64,000 nt of DNA from an uncultured candidate division Zixibacteria bacterium (GTDB lineage Bacteria; Zixibacteria; MSB-5A5; UBA10806; 4484-95): NCBI GenBank assembly GCA_963668625.2, contig CAXXKA010000008.1:960001-1024000 (forward strand), given 5' to 3'. Below, piece by piece: positions 22,600 through 32,160 of this stretch. The translations under genes and the position numbers were made by a program. Under the pieces are notes generated by a model. That model made no database searches. It saw only the letters and a program-made list of their open reading frames with translations, and was not told the origin of the DNA. The first letter of the stretch is position 1. Every line of letters starts with the position of its first letter.

Positions 22600-24639
22600 A
22601 TGAAAATCATAAAGTTGATGTTAGCGCCGGTGGCAATACTGATAATGATGTCATCCGTATATGCCCAGCAGGAGGAGTTCGGAGTACAGGCGATATCCAA
22701 TCCTGATGGAATACTACTCATAATCGGAGGCGAGATTCTTCACCCGACTACCGCCGATCTTAATGATGGTTGGATCGGCTATAATATTTACAGGCAAAAA
22801 TCAGGCAAATCGAAATACGATAAGGTTAACGAGAAACCGTTAAGCCGGGTGGATTCCATCGATGATTTAGAGAAGAAACTCGGTATCAAAACTCAATACG
22901 CGATAAAATTCCTGGGATTGGAAACTACCGAAGAGCTCTGGGAAATGTTGCTAAGCGGAGATCAGAAAATAATGATGATCAGTATTCTTGATCTCTCCTA
23001 CAGGGAAATATTAGGACTATCTTTTCAAGATAGAAATGTTAAACCGGGTATCTCTTACTCGTATGTTATCACCAGGGTAAATAGTGATGGCAAAGAATCC
23101 GAGCGTTCGGCAGAATCGATAGTCACGTTCGGCAAGTCTCCGTTTGATTTGAAAGGCCCGTTAAATGTCATTGCCGAGGCGGATGAGCATGAAGTGCGTC
23201 TTTCCTGGCAGGTCAACCCCGCCGATACCGGAGTATTTTCTTATTCCATATATAGAACGAATAAACCGGCCGGACCTTTCGATAAGGTAAACGACAAGCC
23301 GGTCATGATATTCGGACAGGAGGGAGTGGATAAACCGTTTCCCGGCGCGTTTACCGATAGCAAAATCAAACCCGGGTTAAAATATTATTACGCGGTGGTC
23401 TCGGTGGATATCGCCGGTAACGAAAGCGAAAAATATCCCCTTGTCGAGATTACGCCCGGTGATATGAAAGCGCCGGCCATACCGCAAAACATAAAAGCTA
23501 AATCCGGTGATCCGGGCATTACCTTAACCTGGGATATCGGTGATGAGGCGGACCTGGCCGGTTACAATATTTTTAGAAGCCAATTTGCCGACAGCCAATT
23601 CGTCAAAATAAACAACATGATGGTTCCGCCCGATACGGGATTGTACTATGATCATAAAGCGCGAGCGGGTGTACAGTATTACTATCGCCTGACCGCCCGG
23701 GATCGTTCAGGAAACCAGTCGCAGCGTTCGGCCAGGGTGTTTTCGGTATACGAAAACAGCCGTGGACTGTTGTCACCGCAAGCTGTTGGCGCAGCGGGTA
23801 CCCGGGAGGGAGTGACTGTCACCTGGGAGCGAAATTCCGAGCCGGATCTGCAGGGTTATTACGTGTTCAGGGGAGAAAGCGCCACTGACAAACCGGTGCA
23901 GGTTTCGCCCCTGCTGCCGGGAGATACCACCGGCTATCATGATAAGGATAAACATCTCTCCCCCAAAGGCAATTACTGGTATTACGTGCAGGCGATAAAT
24001 TATTCGGGCTACACCAGCGAGCTATCTACTCCCGCCACCGCAAGTCCTGATATTATCGTACTTCCTGAGCCGCCTCTTTCGTTTTACGGTTACCAGGATT
24101 TGAAAGGCAACCGTTTGTTCTGGGATCTGCCTTTCGATAACACGGTTGTCGGCTATTATATCTACCGGGCCGAGGAATCGATCAGCGGCTCATGGCTGAA
24201 AGTTACATCCGCGCCGGTTCCCGGAAATATCCGTACTTTTACCGACACCACCGCCGAGAATGGCGTGACCTACAGGTATCAGATCAGGTCGGTAAACGCA
24301 AATGGCGCCGAAAGCAAGCCCTCCCATAGTGTGTTGTTGAACATATTCACGCCGCCGCCATTGCCACCGGGTGGCATTATGGTTACCTCGGTTGCCGGGG
24401 GATTGAAAATCTCCTGGGATAAGACTATGGAGGGGGATGCGGTTGGTTATTATATCTACCGAAGAATACCGGGGGGGAGAATCGAAAGGATAACACGGGA
24501 TATCATCGATAAGAGCGAATCAAGTTTCGTGGATGGTGGTAGTGTGCCGGGAAAGAGGTATTACTATTCGGTTTCCTGTCTGGATGAGCATGGCCGCGAG
24601 GGCGCCAGATCGGCGGAGCAGGAGTATTTCATGCGATAG
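22600..24639 (+). CDS. Secreted multi-fibronectin type III domain protein
   Basis: Signal peptide; about six repeats of L.W...GY.IYR...F.D.....G..YYY...D..G.ES. Confidence 0.85.
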   Translation: MKIIKLMLAPVAILIMMSSVYAQQEEFGVQAISNPDGILLIIGGEILHPTTADLNDGWIGYNIYRQKSGKSKYDKVNEKPLSRVDSIDDLEKKLGIKTQYAIKFLGLETTEELWEMLLSGDQKIMMISILDLSYREILGLSFQDRNVKPGISYSYVITRVNSDGKESERSAESIVTFGKSPFDLKGPLNVIAEADEHEVRLSWQVNPADTGVFSYSIYRTNKPAGPFDKVNDKPVMIFGQEGVDKPFPGAFTDSKIKPGLKYYYAVVSVDIAGNESEKYPLVEITPGDMKAPAIPQNIKAKSGDPGITLTWDIGDEADLAGYNIFRSQFADSQFVKINNMMVPPDTGLYYDHKARAGVQYYYRLTARDRSGNQSQRSARVFSVYENSRGLLSPQAVGAAGTREGVTVTWERNSEPDLQGYYVFRGESATDKPVQVSPLLPGDTTGYHDKDKHLSPKGNYWYYVQAINYSGYTSELSTPATASPDIIVLPEPPLSFYGYQDLKGNRLFWDLPFDNTVVGYYIYRAEESISGSWLKVTSAPVPGNIRTFTDTTAENGVTYRYQIRSVNANGAESKPSHSVLLNIFTPPPLPPGGIMVTSVAGGLKISWDKTMEGDAVGYYIYRRIPGGRIERITRDIIDKSESSFVDGGSVPGKRYYYSVSCLDEHGREGARSAEQEYFMR

Positions 24640-25146
24640 ATGTAATTGCTCTATGCCACGTTTACAGGCGACATTCGGCAGGGTTGCATCATTATTATAG
24701 TATAACTATTGAATAGCAGATTATTTGTCAAGTACGGAGCAGGGTACCTGATTTTAAATACGTGTCGCATTCGTGTTTTATTACTGGAGTGGTCATCAAT
24801 TTTAATGTGTCAAATGCATTTTTGAATATCGTACACTCTAATTTTTCTTTTCAGATTTATAAAAAACCTAACTCATTTCGACAACTGGTAATCATAGATA
24901 TTATTGAACGAATTTGATGCTATAAATTATAACATCATCTACTGTTAGTTAAAAACTATTCTACTGCTTAGACTATCTAATAACGAAATTTGCTTGGACG
25001 AGCCTAGTAAGTTTACTATATTTCATTAATATTTGATAGTCATATTGATTTTGTTTAATTGATATGAAAATAAACTAGTATAGCAGATTTAGTGATAGTA
25101 TCGATACGTGTCCGAGAGCTAGTTATACATTAGAGAGAAACAAGCT

Positions 25147-28100
25147 ATGTATTTTCGCAATCCGAAATTGATTCCACTGCCGGAGACATCGCAGGATTTT
25201 GAACGATTGTGCATGTATATAGCTCGTAACCACTATGGCCCTGATTTTTATCGCTATGGCCGAAGCGGACAGGAGCAAAGTGGCATTGATGTTTATTCGG
25301 CTTATAACGATGGCGTATATTTGCAATGCAAACTGTATAAAAAATATACACCTAAATTGATTTCGGAATTGAAAGAAGACTTTTCTGCGGCCCTGAAAAA
25401 GTGCCCTGATTTAAGAAAATTTATTTTTGCCGTTAGCATCGATAATGATAAAAATATTCAAGATGTTTGTAAGGAATTGAGTGTCAACAATAAAAGAGTG
25501 ATTCCGTGGTTTTGGGATGAGTTACAAAATGAAATCGCTAATTCTAAATGGCTTTTACGTTATTGCATGAATATTGGATCAGGCGCTCAATGGGTCAATG
25601 ATGATTTCGTCAAAGCTGAAATGGAAAAAGGGATAACTAATCACTGGAGCCCATTACGATTTTATAGCGGAAACGAATATATAGCATGGTATGGTTTACT
25701 ACAAAAATGGGATGCTCCTCGCAAGCATTACGATGGAATTGTATCCGCTATAGATAAGTCATTTGATGATACCTACGGAGATATGCCGGTAGCTGCTGTT
25801 GTTAGAGGTGCTGGAGGAACTGGTAAGTCGGTTTTGTTACGCAGGTTAGCGTTAGATTTGCGAAGGGAATATACTATCTATTGGATTGCAGATAATGCAG
25901 GTGATTTTCTTAAAAATGAATGGGTTTATGATATAGAAATACATAGTGATGAAAAATATTTATTAATATTGGAGGATTGGTATCGCAATTTTACGCGAGC
26001 TACTGATCGACAATCTGTTAATTATCTATTACAAAAGGTAAGGAGATATCCTAATGTTCGATTACTCATCGGTGATAGGCCCGAATCCAACCCTGATTAT
26101 CCGACAATAAATGAAATGATTTTTGATCTAAAAGCCGACGAAAACCATGATTTATTCTCGTATATCACTGAAATCGTTCCCGATTGGAAAGGCAAGTTCA
26201 ACGAGGAAGATCGGGACCTGCTTTATAAATCAGGATTTTTTCAAGCTCTGTTTGTATATCAGTTTTTAGATACGAAAAGAATTCATCGAAAAGCTGAGGA
26301 TTATTTTAGAGAAATTATAGAAAGCGACTATAAGCATCTCATAAATAACAAGGATAATTTCTATCGAGGCCTGGCATGGTCGCTTTACATTGTGTCAAAT
26401 CTGTATATAGATTTCGGAATTCATCTCTCGCCGGAAGCATTAATTGCTATTGCCGAGGATTTTTCAAAGTCCAAGCGTCCTTTTTCGCTCGAAAACGATG
26501 TCCGATTGATAGCAGAGAATACTGTAATTAGAAAGTATATTGAAGTTATTCAGGTCAGCTCCAGGAATGACGCCGGTGAAGAAAATTATTATAGGATTAG
26601 GTTTCTTAACGATACTTTAGCCGATCAAGGATGGCTATCTTTGAATGTCGATGAGTATGATAAATATGAAAGACCATCGACAGTTTTAAGGGTTATTAAG
26701 GCTTTAAAAGCGGAGAAAACGGCATATGATTTAGCAGCTCTTTTAAACTTGATAGTTAAGGCCAAATCAAAGTTATTGAACAAGGATCAAGTCCTCTCTT
26801 GCTGTAATTATTTAATATCAATTAAATGCGACTCTTATCATTATATATATGTATTATTTTCCGAAGATATGATAGATATCAATAACAACGAAAGATATGA
26901 ATATTTACAAAAACTAAAAGGTCTGGGTAAATACAAAACCACATATTGGATTCCTGTCGTTATATGGATGAAGAAGGAATTAAAAGGAAATGACTATAAA
27001 TCAACATTAAAGATGTTGGTCGATGCAGGAACGAATAGTGGTGCTATTTTAAATGCATATTTTAAAATATTAGATGAAAAAGAGTTATTAGCAATATCAG
27101 ATTATTACATTACCCCTGAGAAATTTAACGATAACCTTTATAGTTATTCCCTTCCTACGTTGCTTAAAAGACTAAAAAGCTATGATAAAATTTGTTCTGC
27201 TGCTCTTAACTATTTGAAATCGGAGGAGCCAGAAAAGAATTTCCAGATTTTCACTACCTGCCTCAATATTGTAAAAGCAAACAAGGTTGCTATTGATATT
27301 GCCTTCAATTATCTTAATTCACCGGAGCCAGAGAGAAGAAAAGAGATTTATTCTACTTGTTTGAAAATTTTGGAAGATAAAGAAATAGCGAAAGTTGCAG
27401 CTCGTAAATATATCAAATTACCGAAATCAGAGATATCATACCAGATTTTTAACACCTGTTTGAATATAATAAAAACTGAAGAAGATACGAAAGTTGTTGC
27501 TCGTAAATATATCAAATTACCGAAATCCCAAATTGAAAATGAGATTCTTCCTACTTGTTTGAAAATTTTGAAAGATGAAGAAATAGCGAAAGATGTTGCT
27601 CGTAAATATATCAAATTACCGAAATCGGAAATATCATACCAGATTTTTTCCACCTGTATGAACATAGTAAAAGACGAAGAAGATACGAAAGATGTTGCTC
27701 GTAAATATATCAAATTACCGGAATCAGAGACTACGCTCGCAATTTACACTACTTGTTTAAGTGTATTAAAAGATGAAGAGATAGCGAAAAAAGAAGCGAT
27801 AAAAATATTGAATTCGCCGATTCAAAAAAGTAATGCTAGACTGATATATCATGCGCTGTTTATTACAGCTACAGCGGAAACTGAAGAGCTGGATTCTCTT
27901 GCTGAAGCTAAGGTAAAAGAGATATTTCAGTTAAAAAGGAATTGCTGTGGGGCGGAAGGCAAAATCATTCATAATTTATATTTACAAACCATGAAAGTCC
28001 CATTATTCAGGATAGAAGTCTGGCAATCGGAAGTTGACCGAATATTGCGTAATAAAAATACGATTAACAGGAGATTGTTTGGTTCATTGACTCATAGTCA

Positions 28101-28377
28101 TATTAAAAGGCCTAATCCATTAGCCGGTATGTGTTTGTTATTTTTACGTAACTGGAATGATGAATTTAATAGACCTAGAAAACATTGGGAATATTTTGAG
28201 CGAAGCCTTGCTCATCCAGTGATTGTGGAGAATAGCAAAATTAAAGAAGAGATAAAACATTTATGCAATCGAATGTTGAATGCCTCGAATTGTCCTTCAA
28301 ATTTAAATAACTGCATTAAAAAAGTAGTCGAAAATGATACATTTCCCTTATGGGATCCGGATGGAAAAAGTAATTAA
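25147..28377 (+). CDS. PD-(D/E)XK nuclease - STAND-type P-loop NTPase - helical repeat protein (Avs/NLR-like defence candidate)
   Basis: N-terminal FERLC...YGRSGQEQSGIDV...LQCK; Walker A GAGGTGKS; Walker B LLILED; C-terminal 33-aa repeats; low GC. Confidence 0.75.
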   Translation: MYFRNPKLIPLPETSQDFERLCMYIARNHYGPDFYRYGRSGQEQSGIDVYSAYNDGVYLQCKLYKKYTPKLISELKEDFSAALKKCPDLRKFIFAVSIDNDKNIQDVCKELSVNNKRVIPWFWDELQNEIANSKWLLRYCMNIGSGAQWVNDDFVKAEMEKGITNHWSPLRFYSGNEYIAWYGLLQKWDAPRKHYDGIVSAIDKSFDDTYGDMPVAAVVRGAGGTGKSVLLRRLALDLRREYTIYWIADNAGDFLKNEWVYDIEIHSDEKYLLILEDWYRNFTRATDRQSVNYLLQKVRRYPNVRLLIGDRPESNPDYPTINEMIFDLKADENHDLFSYITEIVPDWKGKFNEEDRDLLYKSGFFQALFVYQFLDTKRIHRKAEDYFREIIESDYKHLINNKDNFYRGLAWSLYIVSNLYIDFGIHLSPEALIAIAEDFSKSKRPFSLENDVRLIAENTVIRKYIEVIQVSSRNDAGEENYYRIRFLNDTLADQGWLSLNVDEYDKYERPSTVLRVIKALKAEKTAYDLAALLNLIVKAKSKLLNKDQVLSCCNYLISIKCDSYHYIYVLFSEDMIDINNNERYEYLQKLKGLGKYKTTYWIPVVIWMKKELKGNDYKSTLKMLVDAGTNSGAILNAYFKILDEKELLAISDYYITPEKFNDNLYSYSLPTLLKRLKSYDKICSAALNYLKSEEPEKNFQIFTTCLNIVKANKVAIDIAFNYLNSPEPERRKEIYSTCLKILEDKEIAKVAARKYIKLPKSEISYQIFNTCLNIIKTEEDTKVVARKYIKLPKSQIENEILPTCLKILKDEEIAKDVARKYIKLPKSEISYQIFSTCMNIVKDEEDTKDVARKYIKLPESETTLAIYTTCLSVLKDEEIAKKEAIKILNSPIQKSNARLIYHALFITATAETEELDSLAEAKVKEIFQLKRNCCGAEGKIIHNLYLQTMKVPLFRIEVWQSEVDRILRNKNTINRRLFGSLTHSHIKRPNPLAGMCLLFLRNWNDEFNRPRKHWEYFERSLAHPVIVENSKIKEEIKHLCNRMLNASNCPSNLNNCIKKVVENDTFPLWDPDGKSN
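27240..27800 (+). repeat. Intragenic 99-bp (33-aa) tandem repeats
   Basis: GCTCGTAAATATATCAAATTACCG at 27400, 27499, 27598 and 27697, with degenerate units on both sides. Confidence 0.95.
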
Positions 28378-28456
28378 AACCTCTGCATTTATATTGCCTG
28401 TTCTCTAAAAAGCCATCATATAACGGAGTAGGAACCAAATTGCCGAATATGAAAAT

Positions 28457-29020
28457 ATGATCCCTATTCATGCTATTTTGCTAAATTATTGGTATTAAAC
28501 TTACTCTGTTGATTGATAGCGAATTGCAATAAATCCGACCTGCACCTTTCGACACCATAAAGCGTCAGAGATTACCACAGATATACCGCAGTTGTTACCG
28601 TATTGTTGACATGAAAAAGGCGGCCCTTTTCAGAGCCGCCTTCCGTAGATCAAGGTCAAAGTGTTAGAGCACTTTTCAAGAAGTAGTAGCTGAGTTTAAT
28701 TACTCGAATCAAGGAGTTCATTCACAATTCGGCCAGCCATCGGGAGCCTCGGCCGGTAAATCGCCGCTGCTTTGCCAGGTTGGCTCATAGTCAGGGCAGA
28801 AATGTAATTCGTTCGCGCCTCGGAAATATTGTACCAGGTAGGTAACGTCAGCGCCGATTACCGAACAGTCACCGTTAGCATCAGCCGAATTATAGAAACC
28901 ACCGACCAGACACGGCGCGGCGATAGCCCGGAAATAGTTCACCAGGTAGGTGACATCAGCGCCGATTACATTCGGCGGCCAGGCACCGGCAGCCATGTTG
29001 GCGTCACCGGGGAGGTATTC
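28457..29020 (-). repeat. Left copy of ~560-bp inverted repeat (dockerin-like tail + 3' UTR + att-like arm)
   Basis: Reverse complement aligns with 55161-55722; the non-coding part is nearly identical. Confidence 0.95.
28614..28642 (-). terminator. Intrinsic terminator
   Basis: Minus strand AAGGCGGCTCT-GAAA-AGGGCCGCCTTTTT. Confidence 0.85.
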
Positions 29021-31903
29021 GTAGGTATCACCGCCCGCGGCAAACAGGCAAAATGCCAGATCAGAATTACCTTCATAAACTGTCCAGGATGTATTTGTAT
29101 TATCCTTGAAATAGGCTGTTGAACCAGTTTGTGAATCGGTAGTTAACCAGTAAGTAGGTGATGATACCGTTCTGCAGGCTAGAAAATATGTGCCGGCAGC
29201 CAGTTCTATATCGAGGTTATCGAATTTATAAGCATACACTTCATCGTTTTCGTTGTACGTATAGTTCAAGGAAATTCTGGAACAATCACTAGATTCTCTA
29301 TTGAAAAGAACCGAACCCGGTGCGCCATTATCATTAGCCAGAATCTGGAAATCGCCTTCGCGATCGAAATATGTCTCTTCGTCATCAGCAAAAGCGCAGA
29401 TAAATTTGATGGTTTCGAGGGTAATATCCTCGGCGATGGTAAAATCATCACAGGCGAAATAAACGCCCTCATCTTCAGGCCCGCGATAAATAGCGATCCC
29501 ATCTTCGTTATCAGAATCACCATTTGTATAGTAAGCGCCCTCACAAGGAGGTGGCAGTTCATAGATATCCAGAGTGTACTCGCCACAGCCTTCGTATAGG
29601 CAATCTATAGTAAGGTAATAAGTACCGGATTCGAGGTCGTATGCAATAAGTTCCTTATGGCCGTTTTCGCAATCGTAGGTGCTTACAGACACATCTGATT
29701 CACATATCGAGGTACCGATATATGCTATGAACTCCCAGAAAGATTCGCTGTTGCAGAACGAAAAAACCCAGTCGCCGTCCGTTGGAACAGTAATTTCATA
29801 GATATGATCTTCACCCGGATAAGTAAGATAACAGTTGTTCCCTGCTCCACAGGTTGAACTTGTTCCCGTATAAGGGGCGGTAACAACGAAATCCGGTTCG
29901 GGGGGCGGCGGGCAGTCTACGCCGGTAATATTCACAATATAAGGATTGCCGCCATATTCAAAATGACCAAATATCGGGTAATAGTATGTACCGGCGTTTA
30001 AACCATTCCATGTCCTGTAGGTATATTGACCAAATTCACAACCATATTCCACTGGAGTAAAGATTTCACCCGAACATGGGCAATCCGTAAACAAGAGAGA
30101 AGATGTCTGGTAAACATAGTACTGGTTTTCGCAAAAATCGATAGTGACATTCATACAACTTTCAAGAGTAAATTTAACCCAGACTTCGGGATATCCGTGA
30201 CTATCACAATCCCGAGTTGCTTCCACCGTAGTGCCGGTAAGCTGAACCGTTTCGTCTGAAGTTAAAGTACCGGCATCATCGGCATTGGCACAATCATCAT
30301 TAGGCGGAGTATTAGGAGCCTCAGCGATCGTTAAATAGCCGTTTCCAGTACCTATATAGTTGCTTCCAATCTCAACAAGGTACGATTGGCCGGATGTTAC
30401 CGGAAAATCCAAAAAAGAACCTTGATTGCAACCTAATTGAGACGGGAGTGGTGAACAGCTATTGCCATCATAGGCGGCAATAATAGATTCAAACTCTGAA
30501 CCCATCAAATCAATTCGTGCAAAACCCGTAAATGACGAGGTATAGAGGAACCAAACATTCCCTCCCTCGGTAATGCAACTACCGCTGCCATCGTATGTCG
30601 CGCTTCTTACGGAGAAGGGTGATGAAGCGACTTCTCCAACCGCAATTGCGTCACTGCAATTATCATTATCCGGCGGTGGCGGGCAACTAACACCTTCAAT
30701 ATTAATAGTGTAGGACCTGCCTCCATCGAATCCTAAAACTGGATAATAATAAGTACCAGCCTCTAAGTTAGACCAGGAAATTGAAGGATTCATGTTATTG
30801 CAATACTGCTGATTACCATACATGACATTGCCCACATCACAGGGACAAGCTTCAAACAACTGGGTCGGTGCATCATAAACTTCGTATTCGTTATCACAAT
30901 AATCTATGGTTACATCCATGCATGATGACAGGGTGAACTTTACCCAGACTTCGGGATACCAAAAATATCCGCAATCCTGAGTTGCTTCCACCGTAGTGCC
31001 GGTAAGCTGAACCGGATACCCTTCAACAAGCGTACCGGCATCATCGGCATTGGCACAATCATCATTAGGCGGAGTATTAGGAGCCTCAGCGATCGTTAAA
31101 TAGCCGTTGCCCGTACCTACATAGTTGCTTCCAATTTCAACAAGGTACGATTGACCGGATGTTACCGGAAAATCCAAATGCAAACTTTGACTGCAACCCA
31201 ATTGAGACGGAAGTGGTGAGCAACTAGCACCATCATAAACTGCAATAATACTCTCAAACTCTGAACCCGTTAAATCGATTCGAGCAAAACCCGTAAATGA
31301 CGAAGTATAGAGGAACCATACATTCCCTCCCTCGGTAATGCAACTACCGCTGCCATCATATGTCGCACTTCTTATCGTGAAGGCAGATGAAGTGACTTCT
31401 CCAATTGCGATCGCGCCACTGCAATCATCATTATCCGGCGGGGGCGGGCAACTAACACCTGCAATATTAATAGTGTAAGGACTACCGCCATTGTAACCCA
31501 TAACCGGGAAATAATAAGTTCCGGCACCCAAATTAGACCAGGTCAGGGATGGATTCATATTAGGACATTGTAGCCAATTTCCATTATAGACATCGCCCGC
31601 ATCACAGGGACAATCATCAAACAACTTTGATTCTGCGCCATAAAAATCACCTTCGTAATCGCAGTAATCTATGGTTACATCCATGCATGATGAAAGAGTG
31701 AACTTTATCCAGACTTCGGGATCCCAAAAACTGCTACAATCAACCGTTGCTTCCACCGTAGTACCGGTAAGCTGAACCGGATATCCCTCAACAAGCGTAC
31801 CGGCATCATCGGCATTGGCACAATCATTATTAGGCGGGGGATCAGCCAAAACAGGTGTAATCATAACACAACATAATAATACCAGGATCAACATTCTAAA
31901 CAT
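28718..31903 (-). CDS. Secreted Cys-rich repeat protein with C-terminal dockerin-like domain
   Basis: Signal peptide; NDDCANA... modules with 765-bp DNA period (30216, 30981, 31746); tail GDAN...GADVTYLVNYF...DANGDC..GADVTYLVQYF...GWPNCE. Confidence 0.88.
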   Translation of the reverse strand: MFRMLILVLLCCVMITPVLADPPPNNDCANADDAGTLVEGYPVQLTGTTVEATVDCSSFWDPEVWIKFTLSSCMDVTIDYCDYEGDFYGAESKLFDDCPCDAGDVYNGNWLQCPNMNPSLTWSNLGAGTYYFPVMGYNGGSPYTINIAGVSCPPPPDNDDCSGAIAIGEVTSSAFTIRSATYDGSGSCITEGGNVWFLYTSSFTGFARIDLTGSEFESIIAVYDGASCSPLPSQLGCSQSLHLDFPVTSGQSYLVEIGSNYVGTGNGYLTIAEAPNTPPNDDCANADDAGTLVEGYPVQLTGTTVEATQDCGYFWYPEVWVKFTLSSCMDVTIDYCDNEYEVYDAPTQLFEACPCDVGNVMYGNQQYCNNMNPSISWSNLEAGTYYYPVLGFDGGRSYTINIEGVSCPPPPDNDNCSDAIAVGEVASSPFSVRSATYDGSGSCITEGGNVWFLYTSSFTGFARIDLMGSEFESIIAAYDGNSCSPLPSQLGCNQGSFLDFPVTSGQSYLVEIGSNYIGTGNGYLTIAEAPNTPPNDDCANADDAGTLTSDETVQLTGTTVEATRDCDSHGYPEVWVKFTLESCMNVTIDFCENQYYVYQTSSLLFTDCPCSGEIFTPVEYGCEFGQYTYRTWNGLNAGTYYYPIFGHFEYGGNPYIVNITGVDCPPPPEPDFVVTAPYTGTSSTCGAGNNCYLTYPGEDHIYEITVPTDGDWVFSFCNSESFWEFIAYIGTSICESDVSVSTYDCENGHKELIAYDLESGTYYLTIDCLYEGCGEYTLDIYELPPPCEGAYYTNGDSDNEDGIAIYRGPEDEGVYFACDDFTIAEDITLETIKFICAFADDEETYFDREGDFQILANDNGAPGSVLFNRESSDCSRISLNYTYNENDEVYAYKFDNLDIELAAGTYFLACRTVSSPTYWLTTDSQTGSTAYFKDNTNTSWTVYEGNSDLAFCLFAAGGDTYEYLPGDANMAAGAWPPNVIGADVTYLVNYFRAIAAPCLVGGFYNSADANGDCSVIGADVTYLVQYFRGANELHFCPDYEPTWQSSGDLPAEAPDGWPNCE

Positions 31904-32043
31904 GCCTCATCTCCTATCAGCAAATTCATTCTTTAGCGGTGTTTTGGATTTTAGCACTTTTTAAAGATTTAATTTGCCTGTTACAATTCCAATGTTTAAG
32001 TTGTAATTAGCGCCGAGAATATATTCTCGGCATTTTTCCGTGA

Positions 32044-32074
32044 GGCCGTTCCCGATAAAACATCGGGAACGGCC
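32044..32074. terminator. Strong hairpin between two minus-strand genes (terminator or stabiliser)
   Basis: GGCCGTTCCCGAT-AAAAC-ATCGGGAACGGCC. Confidence 0.6.
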
Positions 32075-32160
32075 ATTTGTTTTCCTGATTACCTGAGTTA
32101 TTGTTAAAAGTAACGTGGTTATTTAAAACGTTTATCTAAATTCTTATTTAATGAGCGTTA

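Noticed and set aside
27400-27720. 24-nt exact repeats at regular spacing resembling a CRISPR array
   Set aside because: In-frame 99-bp coding repeats; the intervening segments are homologous to each other; no cas genes.
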